64,000 bases of DNA from Tubiluchus corallicola (Eukaryota > Animalia > Priapulida): NCBI GenBank assembly GCA_030141605.1, contig JAQGDQ010000023.1, forward strand, positions 310,001 to 374,000. The letters run 5' to 3'. How positions within the stretch are numbered: the first letter of the stretch is position 1; every line of letters begins with the position of its first letter. Made by a program: the position numbers and the translations under genes. Positions 11,599 to 26,800 of the stretch are shown here, piece after piece. The notes below the pieces were generated by a model. The model was not told the origin of the DNA. It did not search any database and saw only the letters and a list, made by a program, of their open reading frames with translations.

Positions 11599-14209
11599 TT
11601 TTAAAGTCCAAAAAAATTCAAGAATAAAATAAAGCACAAGTAAAAAACGCACAAAGTTAGTACATAGAAATATGGTAATCTTATATGTATAAGAAAGAGT
11701 TAGTTAGAATGGGCATATAAAATTCTTTGCCACGACTTAAAAATGTTCGATCTAAAATTATATTCTGACTCAAAAAAGTCTACTTCTGAGATTAAACACA
11801 GATCAGGAAAAACGAGATACATTATAGCTAACATGCATTTGGCTTGCACTGCAGCAACTAGGAAGATTAAAAAGTCCTTTAATGGCATTATTACAGATAC
11901 GCATTCTATGACTCTTTGGGCTTGTTTATGTATTGCAAACCTGCAGATCAGCGAATAATTTGTGAATCTCCGCTGTAACTTGTAACATCGTGAACTAATT
12001 CAGTTCGTTCGTTAGATAAGAAATGAACATGACGTAAGCATAAAATATGTGTATATATTTTAATAAACGAGAAAACATTTGAATATTAATCCATTATTAA
12101 CTTTCAACAGTGTTACAGGAGAACTTTAGATTAATAAATTCCTTTTGCACTATACAGCAATATTTAACCGCTAGAGTATAATAAATTCTTACAAAAGTGT
12201 AAACCGATTCATCAAAATTATATCCCAGTAAAAGCGTATCCATTTTCACCGCCCGAGTCGCTAAACGACATTAAGTGAGTGGCCGAGTAGAGTCGTTAAT
12301 CATTTTAGTGATTTTACGGCAAATTCACCAGACGTGTAGCTACAGCAAAATTTTAAACTTTCAAATTTACGGGTTTCATTTATTTAGCCAAACAAGAGTT
12401 CTCCATGGATTATGTGCGAGATTAGGTAAAAGTGCTTGATACTAGTACGCATGCGCACTGTACACTGAGGAATAATGGTTGTACGGCATACAAAGTAGTG
12501 TAATTTGAAAAACGAAACAGGCAACCATTGTGGTAGTTTCAAAGCAGGACTGTGAATTTGACTGGGAATAGCAATTATGCGAATAAGAGATGCCTTTTTT
12601 CGTATTTTAATTTGATTGAGAAAAACTAACAATCATTGTTCTTAGTCGAAATTAACAACCTGCCAGCCATTTTTCTTTGCAAGCTCTCCTGGTTTTTATA
12701 TTGACTAATATCCTTAAAGCACATGGTGCTACCTACTATTAAACTGAATGATTTTTAAATTTTCAATTGAACTGATTTATTCCGTAAGATAAACAGATAC
12801 TTTTACATCACAAGTAAATACATAAAATCAAATTGTAGTTTTTACAACAAAATTAAGATACGTTATTAAATTTAGCGCTAGAGACCTAGGAAGCAAGCCT
12901 ACATTAGGCCACTAGAATTACTATTTAAAAAAAAATTTTACAACATGTTACTGATAGTTAGAAAGAGTTATAGTGAGTGTTAATAGCATTTCATAATTAC
13001 GATGTAAACTGAAGTACGGTACAAAAAATGATGTTTTAACACATCCGCTGAACTTTTGTGGAGAAGTCTATACGCAAGGACCATTATATTTGATTGAAAA
13101 TTTTTTAATATTTTTTGTTGCCTGTATATAGTGATAATTAAGTCTCGTGTATTAGTTCCGTAAACGACTCGATAGGCACTGACCACTCAACTTTTCATTC
13201 CTTTCAACAAATCTATTTGGTGCACTACACGTGTTCAAAATCACTGCATACTTTTCATTTCCGACTGATTTGTAAGAAAACTCTCTTTAGTAAAATTTTT
13301 CACAATACCTAAGGAGCTAATAAAAAAAAGAAAACCGCCTTTCGAGTTGATAATGCAGTACATTACGATTATAAGCTCAAACTTGTACAATCAGGTACAA
13401 TCTAGTGGCAATAAATAAGCAATAACTAAATTAACTAAAACAGACAATACGCAGTAAATTACGCAGAATCGCCTGCAGGCGTATTAGCAAGATTTTCGCT
13501 GATGAAAATTTGACTGGAAAAAAATTCCGTCGAAAATCTCGAATTCGACAAAAAAACTGCCTTGGAGCAATTTACGCTGCGTAGTGATTCATCCAACAGC
13601 ATGAGCATCGTATTTTCTAACAAAATAATCAGGTAGCGTAATGGTTAGGACTAATAAGTTAAATATACGCTGGTTATTGCCAGTGTATTATTGGCACAAT
13701 TTCGTCAGCATTGGGATTTCGGCGTCTGAATTTCTGAAAGCTTTCTCTTGCCTAAATTATAGAGGATCTGAATGTATATTAGTGCTACATTAGAGAACTA
13801 AGGACCATCATGTACTAAGACGAAAGCTCATTAGCATTATGAGTACTTGGTAATGCTTGGTTTATAAAACCGCTTGAGCAAGGTAATAGACCAACGGGCA
13901 GCGGTAGACACTAGCTGCCTAGCAGTAACATAGCTGTAAAAATGAGCTCATTTTTCCTTTACTAAATAAAAAGAGAGTTCTAGGTGGACGATAAAACAGC
14001 ATTTTTGGGGTTACTCGCTGGCTTAGCAACTTTATAAAGAAACCCGTTTTCAGCTTAACGTTGTTATCATTCTCATTCTTGTTGCTGTTGTTTCTGTAAT
14101 AAATTTTTATCAGTTCTTAATACTGTGACGTCACAACAAAGTTACTCCGATAAGCTATTTATGAAACAATGAATTCCATGATTTGAAATTTTCTTTGGCC
14201 ATGTTATAT

Positions 14210-14420
14210 TTAACATCAAATTTCAAATCAAGGATCTATATGATTTAACAAAGACGAAGGAATGGATTGAGGTCATACAGTAGAGCGGCTTAGATGGATT
14301 GACATGTCATTAGATTACCACAGGATTCTCCACTTATTACAGCATTACATCAAGCACTAATATCTGGGAAGAAACCAACAGGTGGACAGCTGATCACATA
14401 TTTAGATGCTCTGCGACCTC
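14210..14420 (+). mobile_element. Second decayed RTE-like LINE fragment
   Basis: Broken frames read DLYDLTK, RLRWI, VIRLPQDSP, GKKPTGGQLITYLD; parallels the 11.2 kb fragment. Confidence 0.55.
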
Positions 14421-15086
14421 ACCACTAGCTTTAACAGGAAACATGACTGGTATTAAAAAATCAAGCGTTCAGAAAAAACAGACTTCAACAGATAAGTGAC
14501 GTAACAAAAAATGCGAAATATATATTCATCAGCCAATGACGACGATTATGACGTTGTCACATTGGTTTCATAAAAAAATTAGCTGCTCAGTCCACACATG
14601 TATAAATGGAGGCCACGAGAGACCCAAGCTAACTGGCTTCAGAAAGAAATGAACAGCTGTGCGCTATATCTTATTTCATTTCCGGGTGATTTGTCATATT
14701 CATAGACGTAATAATAAAAACAAATGTGTGCAGATGAACGCCCGACGAAACACGGTGTCAAATAAGTGCGCAAGAATTTAGCAAGAATGTTAAGCAGCGC
14801 GTGTGTATAACGTAGAAGCTAAAAACCAAGATTTTACAACATGCCAGAAGCCAGGATTCTGTATAATATATACGCGTTCTTGTGGCTTCCCTTTCATCGT
14901 GAAATGATGACACACACATATGCGTCACGGTCCAGTAACAACCAAGGTCGTTTAGAGAAATCACATCAACAAACAAAGAAAAAACCGTTAAATTACAAAC
15001 ATATACTTGTAGAAAAAGTTGGTATGCTAAATGTAACACATCTTAACAGGTACGGCGTCTCTCCTTCCTAACCTATAGACCTCCAC

Positions 15087-15131
15087 CCTCCTCTCTCTTT
15101 CTCTCTCTCGCTCTCTCTCTCTCTCTCGCTC
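15087..15131. repeat. (CT)n microsatellite
   Basis: ctctct run. Confidence 0.85.
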
Positions 15132-17504
15132 ACGCCTTACCATTGAGCATAACATTCACCATGTACAAAAGGAATATTAATAGTGGTCCACCTTCATTAA
15201 ATTTACGTAAGCTACTGCCAGGTTTAAGCTCAAGTATAATTTCGTGTTTTTAGCCAACTGTCAGTATAACTTAATATGTTCAGAGCATGAGTAATGCTCT
15301 GTTACTAGTGGCGTCATCCTAAATGCAGCGTACGTTAGCGTTAGTATAAGGCGGCATATATTATCTATTGAGAGTATTCTTACTTACTGATCTGTAGCAA
15401 AGAGCTTTAGAACTCTTAATGGAGGTTTAACCACGTTGCTTAAATAGCAAAATTCAAGGCAATGTAACCTAAAAATCCACAAATAATAGCCAGAAACTAC
15501 GCAGATCGTAAATTTGGAAACTATCCAGCACCGTGCAAATCTTCGAAATACTAACTTAGTACTAACAATTAGACCACTTGAGTTTAGTGACGTGTTATAC
15601 GTGTCACACTTCACTACGAATGCCGTAGCAAAAAGTAGAAAAAAAAACTAGAAATTATCATGCCTTTAACAATTTGTCATTTAAATACTGTTTGCTATTT
15701 TGGCAAGTCAGGCAATTTAGTTCTCAGAAGAACACTATTATATTTTTATAGTTTGTTATTTTGTTACACAAGTGCAATTTATGCACAATGTTTTCAACAA
15801 TTTTCCAACTGAGCCCCATATTTTCAAAAGTAAACATACTTCCTCGCACTCTGTTATAAATTAAGCGCGCGGTTGAGAAACATTTCAGCATGATGTTTTT
15901 TACATCACAAGGCCAAGAAACATTTCAGCAGAAACGTGATGTTTTTTGCATGTCAAGGCCAACGTGCCCGCAATCAATACAACTGAGAAACCCTGCTACT
16001 GACAGCTTAGTCTTAGCCAGTTAATTTAATCCTGTATTCTTTATTACTAATTATCGTTTTAATTAACTTGAAGCTTAAAACACATATGTACTGAAGCCAC
16101 TAATGGCTGCCAATAGAGAACAAAGAACGGCTAGTAAAAGAAGCCACTGATTTACAAACAGCCTGCCCGCTGAAAGACACCGCTTAATTACCCAAGCATG
16201 CGGCCATTCCCCCGGTGCACATTATTTTTGTCAACAAAACGTTAGGAGAAACCAGTCATATTCAATCCAGACCAACTATAGCTAAATGACGCAAGATGTA
16301 GAAGCATGAGCTAACTAAAAATGAGGTTCCAAATTCGAAGAATTCCATGCATGCAATGTCCTGATGTTATTGCTTGTACCACGACATGTGCAAAGGTGTA
16401 CCACAATAACTGCACTGTTCCAAATTGTCATATTCAAACCCCTAAGGTCAAGATCGACTTATTTCACTAATTTTAAGTGTCTATCATCATTGCTTCCTTC
16501 ACGACATCATCGTTACTGTCGTTGTAGTCATCATGATCATTAATACAGTAGTGACCACTATTGGCGCCTTAAATGCCGTCGTCAGCAACGCTGCTTTTAA
16601 CGCCATCCAGCATTGTCGTCCACCGTCACCGCCATCGTCATTCTTGTTCTATGACAGGATATTTATTACGTGAGTGGAAGGATGTAAGAGTTGATTTTGG
16701 CAAAGCAGTGTGTAAATACTTATGTACAGTATAATTTTTTTGTATTAACTTACATAAATTACATAGACAATTTAGAAATTTAACGTACTGTAAATACACA
16801 ATAATTTAACACAGTGAAGTTTTTAGTAAAGCTTCGCTCCGTCTAAACAGGTATACACTGTAGTTTGAAACTTTACAGGCCCCCGTGTATATGCGGTTTT
16901 TAGATACACACGTTTTTATTATTGTTAATTAATTTGAATTGGAAGCATTTGTCTTCAGTAGTAATTTGTGTTTAAAACAACTACACTAAGAATTGTATTT
17001 TCACGCAATTCTTTTACGGCATATAAACATTTTGACTACTACTACTAATCGATAAACAACGCGTAGATTAGAATTCCTCGGAAACAAACACAAACTTTAT
17101 AAATCAAAATGTAATGGGTAACTTCCCTAGAAGATTCCCCATGTTCAGCACACATGGCACACAACGTGCAGGCCAACAAGCAAGGAATGGTTTTCAACAG
17201 ACAGCTTGAAAATAAATCAGTTTGTCTAATATCAGCTTTAAAGAAGAAAAAGCTCAGTTTAACTTTGCATTATGTAGCGAGCGCGAGTCTTAATGAAAAG
17301 AGGTGTTGAAATGAGAATGTCATCACGGAGCTAGGAAAACAAGTACCAGAAGCCATTACGATACAAATTGCATTTAACCTTTACTTTAAAATGTCTAGAC
17401 TAATTTTAACCACATGCTTATTTGACTTTAGATAATTAGTGAGCTAAGCTCTTATTCGCTGATACATACTATGGATAAACCCTTGATTATTGGCAATCTG
17501 TTAG

Positions 17505-17915
17505 CAGGGCCGGATTATGACCTTTTGGAGCCCCTAGGTTAATGAAATTATGGTGCACCCTCCAATTTGCCCGCACTCGTCTCGAATATTTTTGCTTGTG
17601 GTATATTTTAGCAACAATTGCATAGTTGGGAGCCCTATATTTCAAACAAAGGGCTTCAAAGAAGGGCGTATATCTCATATAAAGGGCCTGAAACAAGGGC
17701 CATTTGTCTCTAATAAAGGGCCTCAAACAGGGACCATTTATTTCAAATGAGGAGCCACTTTAAAATTGGATTTTCAAGACTTCCCGGTCCCGTTTTTTTA
17801 AAGTTGAAATTTTATTTTAAGTAATATGAATTATTCAGCAATGCAAAGTGGGAGCCCCCAAGCTTGAGGGGCCCTGACTGCAGCCTATACAAGCCCATAG
17901 GGTACTCCAGCCCTG
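17505..17915. mobile_element. Non-autonomous hAT-type MITE
   Basis: TIRs cagggccggatta / tactccagccctg; 8-bp TSD tctgttag / cctgttag; internal ~35-bp repeats at 17627-17757. Confidence 0.8.
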
Positions 17916-20900
17916 CCTGTTAGTTCCGGGACACTAAATTTAAAAAAGGACAGTTTGATAACACAATAATTATGAACAGAAAAAATTTAAAATGAGAAAA
18001 TTAATATGAAACAAATTTAAGACGTTTTCAGTACTTATTTTTTATTATAACCCTTGGCATTCTGCAAGTTAGATCTAGCACCCAATGGTAGGTTTGCTCG
18101 ATGTTGATGCTTGTGGCGGAATCGAAATCTGGTCCATTAACAAGGTTAATCTTTTGAAGATGAGATACTGAAGCAGCAGAGGCCTCTTAGCCATAATTTC
18201 ATATGAAATGTCATGGTTTCTTCTGACTTTCAAAACATTTTACATATTACTGATGCTAATAAAACGAAAGTTTAGTTAAACAGTTTATGAAATAACAAAG
18301 CAGTAAAGTCAATCATTTAGAAACAATATTTCCAAAAAACAAAGTTTGAAAAATTGGATGGGTAAGCACGCCTTGTTGGAAAACATGAACACTAAAAAAT
18401 GTTGGTCTAAAAATTGTTGTGTCTATGAGACTTCGGAATTGCTTTCTATGTGTGCTAAAACAACAAATTCAGCGAAAGAAAATAAACCACCAAAATTTAA
18501 TAACAAGTAAGAAAGCCGGGCCCATGTGAAATGTTACCTCGTAAGTGTTACTGGAACCATTTCAAGAAAAGGGTCCAAGTAGTCATTCAATCCTGACGTC
18601 GTCACCGCCGATGTTGCTGTGGATGACCAGCTCAGAACTAAGCAAAATAAGCACGTACTAAAGGCACCAGGGGAAGAGGGGCCACACAGTTTTTTGAAAT
18701 CGAATAATTACCCAGAAGTAAAATTTACCGAAATATGCGTAACGGTTTTTGTGTTAGTTTACAATATGGCGGTAAGGATGGGCACAGATTCTGGCTACTG
18801 AACTGCTCAGTGCCCATATGATGACATGGATTGATACATTTATGACATGAGTGATAATATATTTGAAGTGTGGTAATGCTTATAACAATCTGGTGTACTA
18901 TAAACAGGATAATGTTACTTTTGACTGTATGTATTCTATCACCTAGTGGTGATGATGACTACGTGACTACTGTAAATAAATTTTACTGCAAATTCTTTTC
19001 ATTTCGAGAGATAAAATTTCATTTTGCAATTTAATATTGTTTCTATTCTGAATTACACATTTATGGGGTACCGTAACCTTTTCAATGCTTAGGGCCTCTT
19101 GAAGCCTTAACCCGGTCCTGGTGATCACATTCAAAATTGCTGTAGGTGCCCATCTGTATCGCTGAACGTTCAGCAGGAGTGGGTTCAACAATCTGTTTGT
19201 AATGTGATCGGCAAAAACGTGAAATAGGCCTACTAACAATAGGAGTCAGCCACGATGTGAAATTTATGACTTAATATGACTTAATTTGGAATAATGTTAA
19301 ATAACCATGTGAACACATTTTAACTACATCTTTTAAGATTAAAATTAAAATTGTTTATCTTTTAATCACCAAACAAACTACAATGATGAAATGCCAATCA
19401 AAACGACAATGATATAACAATTGTAACTTTTCAATAGCTATTTGACATGTATTTTCTACAATAAAAATCCGATAGTTGTTCTTCCCAACTATATAAAAAA
19501 GCTACATCATTTCATAAAATACTTCAGGATTCTCTATAAAATGGTTTTAACCACACGCTAACTGAAAATCTGAGATTGAAACGAGTGTACGATGACCTAC
19601 AGTAAACACGATTCCTGCTTTTCCATACGACCAGCTGCTCAGAAAATAACTCTTGTCTACTACAGGGCTGTCAAAAAATGACACGGCTGCTCCTCATCTG
19701 TCTGACGATGCACAGATGAGGGCAATTTGTGGGAACCGGCTCCCTACAAAAGTGGAAAGTATCAATAAAGCATGTGGCACTTCTTAACCATGAGCAGAAA
19801 ATGTGTTTCAAAATTAAACGGCTTTTGCCACAAAGTCTGCTTTATTTTTCTAAAAAACGTGTTATCGTTTAGTGAACTCGTAAGCTGTGTTCACGTTGCA
19901 GTACCCGATGTTTTCAATTCAATTCTCAAATAGTATACAAACGAAATTAAACACAAATAAGATCATGTGTAAAACTGAACCGTTAACAAACTTACTAAAT
20001 TCGCGAGGTTTAACAAAACTTTACATCTGGTAATAACCTTCAACGTTTTTCCAGTTGATAAATTAATTGTGTGACAAAATAGTCAGCAAAGAAACCGACT
20101 TATTATGGTGAAATTTGCTTTGTACAATTTATAACCCACCAACAGCGGCAGCAATATTAAGTACATGTATTCACAATATTAATTTCAAGAATATGGAACC
20201 AGAATTATTAAAATAACACACCAACCAAAAGAAAGGGAGACGTGACTAAGTCAGAGTTAAACTTGGATTTGAAAAAAGAAGGACCTTCAGATTACACAAA
20301 TTTTTTATTTTAATTTATTAAATGCAGCCACAACACCATTGCAGCACAAAACTTCAAAATACTTTATGAATAAGTAATAACATATTTATTATGTACCCAA
20401 GGTGCCAAGCTGAAAATCGCATTGAGGTGCTCAAGAAGTAATTACATTTTTAGAAGTTAACTTTAGAACTTAAACGCCACGACAACTAGGCCACACATCT
20501 CCTTATAAGTTGTCATAAAGGTAGTTTTAATTAGAAACTTGTTTCTTTGTTAACTACAGTCTCATTGCATCAAGAAAAACGAATACCTCCCCATCACTAG
20601 CAAATCACTTAGAAGAATTATATTTTTACACATTATTCACGTTCTCACTAGTCTTGTTACTGAGTAGGTTTATCTGCTGGCCTTGCTTGGTGGAGATTTG
20701 TATTTCGTATATAAAGTCTCATTTCTTCGGGAAATGTACAGAATCTCATTGTTTTCTTGAGTTGGATTCAAATCATAACCTCGGGATGAACCCGTCTACT
20801 TGCGAATTCTGGGCTTAAAGAAGCTGGAGTGAGGAATGCGCTTGAGCCCTGTTAAGAACGAGTTATTCTTTGTTGTGAAAATTGAGCTTCTCGCCTACAT

Positions 20901-21997
20901 GAGTTTAATGCGTCACTGTACCGTACAACAGACTCGAGCAAGAAAATCTACTGACCGCCACAAAAATGTTACAAAATTTTTACACGCAAACTAAGTGAAT
21001 ACAGATCAACTCTTCAAAGAGTGCTCAAGGACTTGAATATTAAAAGTCCAACAAGAAAAAATAGCTGTGGAGCAAATCATACGAGGAACTGCGACTGAAC
21101 TCGCATGCTGCAAAATTCTTGAAAGTATCTGATGCGCTTAAATCAGCTACTAGTAATCTCATTTGCGCTAGTTGGAGAATTAACTCAATTAGGGCTTCCG
21201 AATAGAGGACTCGGCAATTTGTTAGTGCAAATCATTTCAAAATGGCAAGTAATCACTAGTTTTTACTGTGCTTCTCGCAAAATTGTTGCTAAAGTTCACA
21301 TCCAAGTGTAACATACAAACTGCGTTTTACACCAGACAGAAAATACAATACCCGTCGTGGACTTTTTAGATCCGTATTTAATCACAGCGTGTTTTAATGA
21401 AACAAGGACAAAATAAGTTGGCATATTTACAGAAAACGCACCTTTAATACACTTATTTTGTCGGTGAAAACCGGCACATGTGCTAATGTTTATTGTTGTG
21501 AAAACCGACTTTAAATAAAGTCTGTACGTACGCAGTATAGAAGTAAAACAAATCTTTCAGTAAATAGTGAGAATGTGGGTTGTATATCAACGTAACATCA
21601 AATCAATGTATTTTTAAATGTATGTAATAAATTTAAAATAAAAAATATCCTATAAGTCAACAATTAGCAAAACTCAGAGGCCAGACTTTTGTATGAAGTT
21701 TTCCCATTGCTAAGTTTTACAATACAATTAGTTAAAAATGTTCGCACTGCATCAGAAAGTACTTGTTTAAGCACTTGACAAACGAAATGAAAAAGTAAAT
21801 TCAATTGCATTTTTGAAGCTCGTAAAATGGTTTTAAACTATTGCTTTTAACTTGCATTTCATGATTACTTAAATACTGCATTTTCACCAATTTATTACAA
21901 ATTCAAGAGCTTTTACTTAGCTGTATTAGATAGTATTGTACATAATACATGTCGTGGACTTATTAATTTAATTTAATGTACATACTTTATTTCACAG

Positions 21998-22022
21998 CAC
22001 ACACACACACACACACACACAC
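21998..22022. repeat. (CA)n microsatellite
   Basis: cacaca run. Confidence 0.9.
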
Positions 22023-23086
22023 AGACAATTATTAAAAACAAGTATTTACACAAAAAAATCATCAAATCAAAGATACTTGGGAGACGCTTGCACTTATAGT
22101 GCCTATTAAAAAATCAAAAATCTACTTAAATTTAATTTTGTTTGAAAGTTTTTCAGATAAGAAACAACAACCCTGTTCGAGTAAAAGTCACTAAAAGCTT
22201 TTTACTCAGTACGTCTCACAAAAAGTTTAAGTGAATGAAGGCATATATATATATATATATATGTACGTCTTACACGTTCATCTAAATAAAGAGCCACCCT
22301 CAAAAGCCACAACTTTCGTTCTCAACCTCGAGTTCACTGTCAAGAACCTGAAGAATAAAATGAAGACGTAAAAGTTAAAGAAACAAAGGAATTGGTACTT
22401 TCAACATTTCGTGCTCAATGCCACACACTCCTACACGCCATGTCAAATATAAAGAACAAACAGCGGCCGTTGATTAGACGTATTCACGAACTTCAGGACG
22501 TGTGGAGACCATACAGTAATCTAAGTAAATGCTACACCCGCTTGTTGCTTTTGAACATAGCTTCAAAGAGATTAATGCTAATGTAAGAATCGGTTTGGTA
22601 ATTTGACGAAACGGAGATGACCCAGGGGAGCTGAGACGCATGAATATTAAGCAGCTCGCAGATGAGACGGCATCCATACTGTCAAAGAAAAACAATATGA
22701 CTGGCAAAGATAATCTAGCAACAGATTGCTCGCAGTCAACCACGGCAAATTATAATAAGGCGAGTAACCAAATTTATCTTCTGGTTTTTGTTAATAAAGA
22801 GACAGCGCCCAAATAAAACGTATGGTGTCTTTGCCTAATGGAGGGTAACTTATTTCAAGAAATGATTTGAGGTGTATTTGTTCTTTATTTTCTTAAAACG
22901 AAATGTGGTTCGCATAAAAATGCTTAAGGCGGCCTGTTATTTGACTAAAATTACGTCAGACACAACGTATTAAAATTTTGCGCGTGTAACTTGATATTGC
23001 ACGAAAATTTCTTGTTTAACTTGATATACTGTAGCGTGAAAATTTCACGTTATATCCACACCATGAATACATATTATAATAATGGA

Positions 23087-23869
23087 CAGGGTCGGCTCTA
23101 ATTTAATGCTCTAAGCAAAAGTATTTTTAGCGCCCCCTCCTCAACGGTCAACTGTTTCCCCACAGACCCCATGCACCCACCTACAAAATCGAATTTTTGT
23201 TGAATGTATTAAACTATAACGGTACTTGGGTGTTGGGCCTATTCACGCATTATGTAGTGTAATTAAGTAAAGTCAATTATCTGTCTACATTTGAAATTGA
23301 GCTTGTGCTTCCTGCATCTTCAGGAGCAATTAAAATTTCTACAATTTCTGCTACGCGGTCTTCATGTACATTCTCATGGCTAGATTTTCACTTAGCCGTT
23401 TTATCAGAAAAATTTGAAACTCTGACTGGGTCTGACTCCTTTTTTCATATACATCCATTTCACTGATATGATTGACATCATCACCTTCACAACTATATAA
23501 CTCTAGTCTGTTTGCAAATACATGTACTATATTTAAAATTTTGCCGATGTACACCGGCTTTTTTACTTTTAGTTTCCTGTATTATAATGTATTATGCTCA
23601 TGACGGCTTCGATTCTTATAGGTTTATTTGCCATAATTAGATAAAAGCTAAAGCAAGAAACTTTTTTATTAATGGAATTCATTACTTTGTCTCCTGTCCT
23701 ATGCATATAATATAAACTGTGGACAAGAACTTGGTAACGCGTCAGTCACTATGTTATTACTTAAGTTAAAAGTAAAAATTAAGGAATTACTTGCAGAATT
23801 TGTCGCCCCCCAAAATTTAGCGGCCTAGGCAACTGCCTAGTTTGCCAAGTGGCGGTAGAGCCAGCTTTG
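23087..23869. mobile_element. Old hAT-type MITE
   Basis: TIRs cagggtcggctcta / tagagccagctttg; degenerate 8-bp TSD ataatgga / acaattga. Confidence 0.6.
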
Positions 23870-26800
23870 ACAATTGAGGATATAAGTTACTGCTTATCAA
23901 ATTCGCAGTACCAACAATTAGAAAATTCTTTCCAAGTTTTACCGAGGAATTTTTAACTCAGAAACATTGCGCTACATTTAACTGCGTAATCAGTGTGCAC
24001 GAAACAAGTAAAAATCAGACTAATTTCCGCGTTCTGTTAGGCGTAATTGGAAAAGTTGCGGGTGCTTCCCAATCTTCTGAGCGCTGGCCAAAGATTGATT
24101 AGACTCGCTACATAGCATTTTAACCAGGGTTATCAGTAGAAGGAGTTGTTTAGACAGGATACGGGGTAATGAAGCCAGTCAAACGACGTCGTTGCTGGTA
24201 AAAACGATTAGAACGTCTTAAAGTATCTGCAAATTTTTTTTACCATTTTGTGTCAGAGACATCTCGTTCAGGAATTTTTGCTGAATTCGACATAGGACAA
24301 AATAAAATCATTTTGATTGCGATTTTTGCAATTGCATGGCTGTCTTGTTGATTGTCTTTATTATACCGAAGTACTCATTTCCTTAGTAGGATAACTACCT
24401 CACCTAACTACATCAATAATTATGCGACGACATGTAATTAGTTTTAGAGCTTGTAATAATTACAAAATTGACGGCTCCAGTAACAGCGCCCGTCATGAAT
24501 TACAGCATCATCACAATGAATATACTTTTTAAAGATATAAGTTTGAAAGATAAATAAAAATTCATAATAAAAGAATAAAGGTACTCGACCCAGTCCACTA
24601 CGTTATTCTAATTGCAGCACTAGATGATATTAAAGGGTTGAACGAGCTGCAGATCAAAAGGTCGGCGACTTTCAGTTTTGACAAAGCACATGATCGCACA
24701 AAGCAGATGCGTTCAGTTTAATAAAGTAAAATGTTAGCCAGGAAAAACTGCGGAACGAATCAACATTTACAGTATTGTCACAGTTTCTCGTATCATTAGC
24801 GGTCTGTTGTTTTAAAACGATTCCCTGGGGAAACTCGTTACGCTCGCTGGAGAAACACAGTTGCTGGTTTGAAGCCCAAAGAGTCATGCAAAAAAATAGA
24901 AAAGGTATGCGTGCAATGACTAATTTGCCACATTACATAAGAAAGGCAATATTACAACCGCTTTCTGTAATTAAATCTGAATTAAAAGGACGAAAGAATT
25001 TCGGTTTTCTCGAACTGTTAGAGTACAGAGTGGTCGGAAACAGCAACACGCTGGAATGACTGGACATAACTTAGCATGACATTGAACTTGATAGTTCCAA
25101 ACACCTTAGCTGGTGTGCGTGTGTATTAAGATTCTTTTAAGAATAAACAAAAATAAAGTATAAAATACATTAGTCGGCGAATAATAAGTGCTCTTGCAGA
25201 CCATTAACCCATTATTACTATTTATTATTTATTAGCAAAGAAACACATATACAGATGTTGCTCTTGTATTTGCAAGAGTTGTTTGAAATAAGTGTACACT
25301 TACGTATCAAGTGCTTTCCTTTTTCCATTAAAAAACAAACAAAACCGTTTTAACGACAAATAATGCAAAATATTTTTATTCGATGAGTGCCGGAAAACGC
25401 CATCAATACAGTTCTATTTCTGTATGAGTTAGCCAGTTAGGAACCTAACTGATGGGCAATGGACATATTATGGACAAGACGTATTAGACTCTTGAAGCTA
25501 AAGGGTGAAACCTATAGTTTAGTCAATAACAGAAGTTATAAATTTTATTATGAGTGTCGTCGTGCAAATAATTGACGCTAATGTTAACTGATTCACTGAA
25601 ACCATTCAAAAAGAGAAATCTATAAAGAGCAAAGCAATTTTGGACCTGGTACACAGTAAACAAACTTCCAAATATGCAATGTTCCTTCATATTGAATGGA
25701 AATAATTTTCCAAACACAGAACACAGTTTAGCGATCTATTTCATGTACATCCGTGTAGTTTGAAGCAATATTTGTTATATAATTTAGGCATGGCTTCCTA
25801 TTAAATCATACATTAAAGTACAATAAACCAACAGCATAAGCTAAGCGCAATTGACGTATCAGGAAATTCATGTCAAGTTTGGCTGACCGTTCTCCGCTTT
25901 ATTTGACCACTTTTTGATACTATTTTATGGAAAGCGGCCGCTGAAGGCACATGAACCACGCAGAGAGAACAAACTACCATCTGGTTTACTATTGTGTGCC
26001 CAAAAAGAAAAATCCCTGAACGGATAAAACTCATTAAGGGAGCTGTTAGCAGTTACCACCAAAATCAGTAGTATCTTGTCACGCGCTGTCATCGTCGACA
26101 CAAATGGTTTTACTAAATCAGAGAAATACTGATTTAGTTAAGAACTGCAAGGCTTAAAAGCTGGAGAAACTAAATAAACGCCAATCAGTCAAAAATTGTC
26201 TCGTTTCTCATACTGTAGCAGAGTTTTTCTGTTGTGTAATAACCAAAAGCAGCAAAGCATACACATTTCAAATACTCGTTCCAAGCTCGCCTAAGAATAG
26301 CTGATGCCAAAAGCAGCCAGCTATATATAAATGAATGAAATGATACATACTGTACAACCAGTTTGTTATTGCTTTGCGCCTCTATTGACAGAGGGAAGTC
26401 TCTAAAATTTTAGTTAAACAATGAAGGATTGTCGAAGTGGCTTGACCCTGCAGACTACAGCACTCGCGAGCGATGTGGCTTCTTTGATGAATATTTATAA
26501 CAGTAAGCGGACGAAGTAGCATTTTTTCGGACACAAAAGCTTATAGCTCACGCTCTGGGCAAATTATTGAGCAGCTCTGTCTATTGATTCAATATATACA
26601 GCCTGTCTAGAGCTGATAACAGAGCCCTGCATGTCCTATATGTATGAGTCAATCAATGGATGAATTCACTGCATCGCCTACTACTCTATATTAAGCGGCG
26701 CATGCTTATTGATACAGCCTCACAATTTAATAAAACTTCGCGTTCCCGTTGACCATCGGGCCACTGGACACTGGTCACTCAACTAGAAGGACAATGCACG

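Noticed and set aside
22392-22800. Coding-like stretch in the long intron (also 20.6-21.2, 24.1-24.3 and 32.2-32.6 kb)
   Set aside because: In-frame stops, no recognisable family and no consistent splice sites
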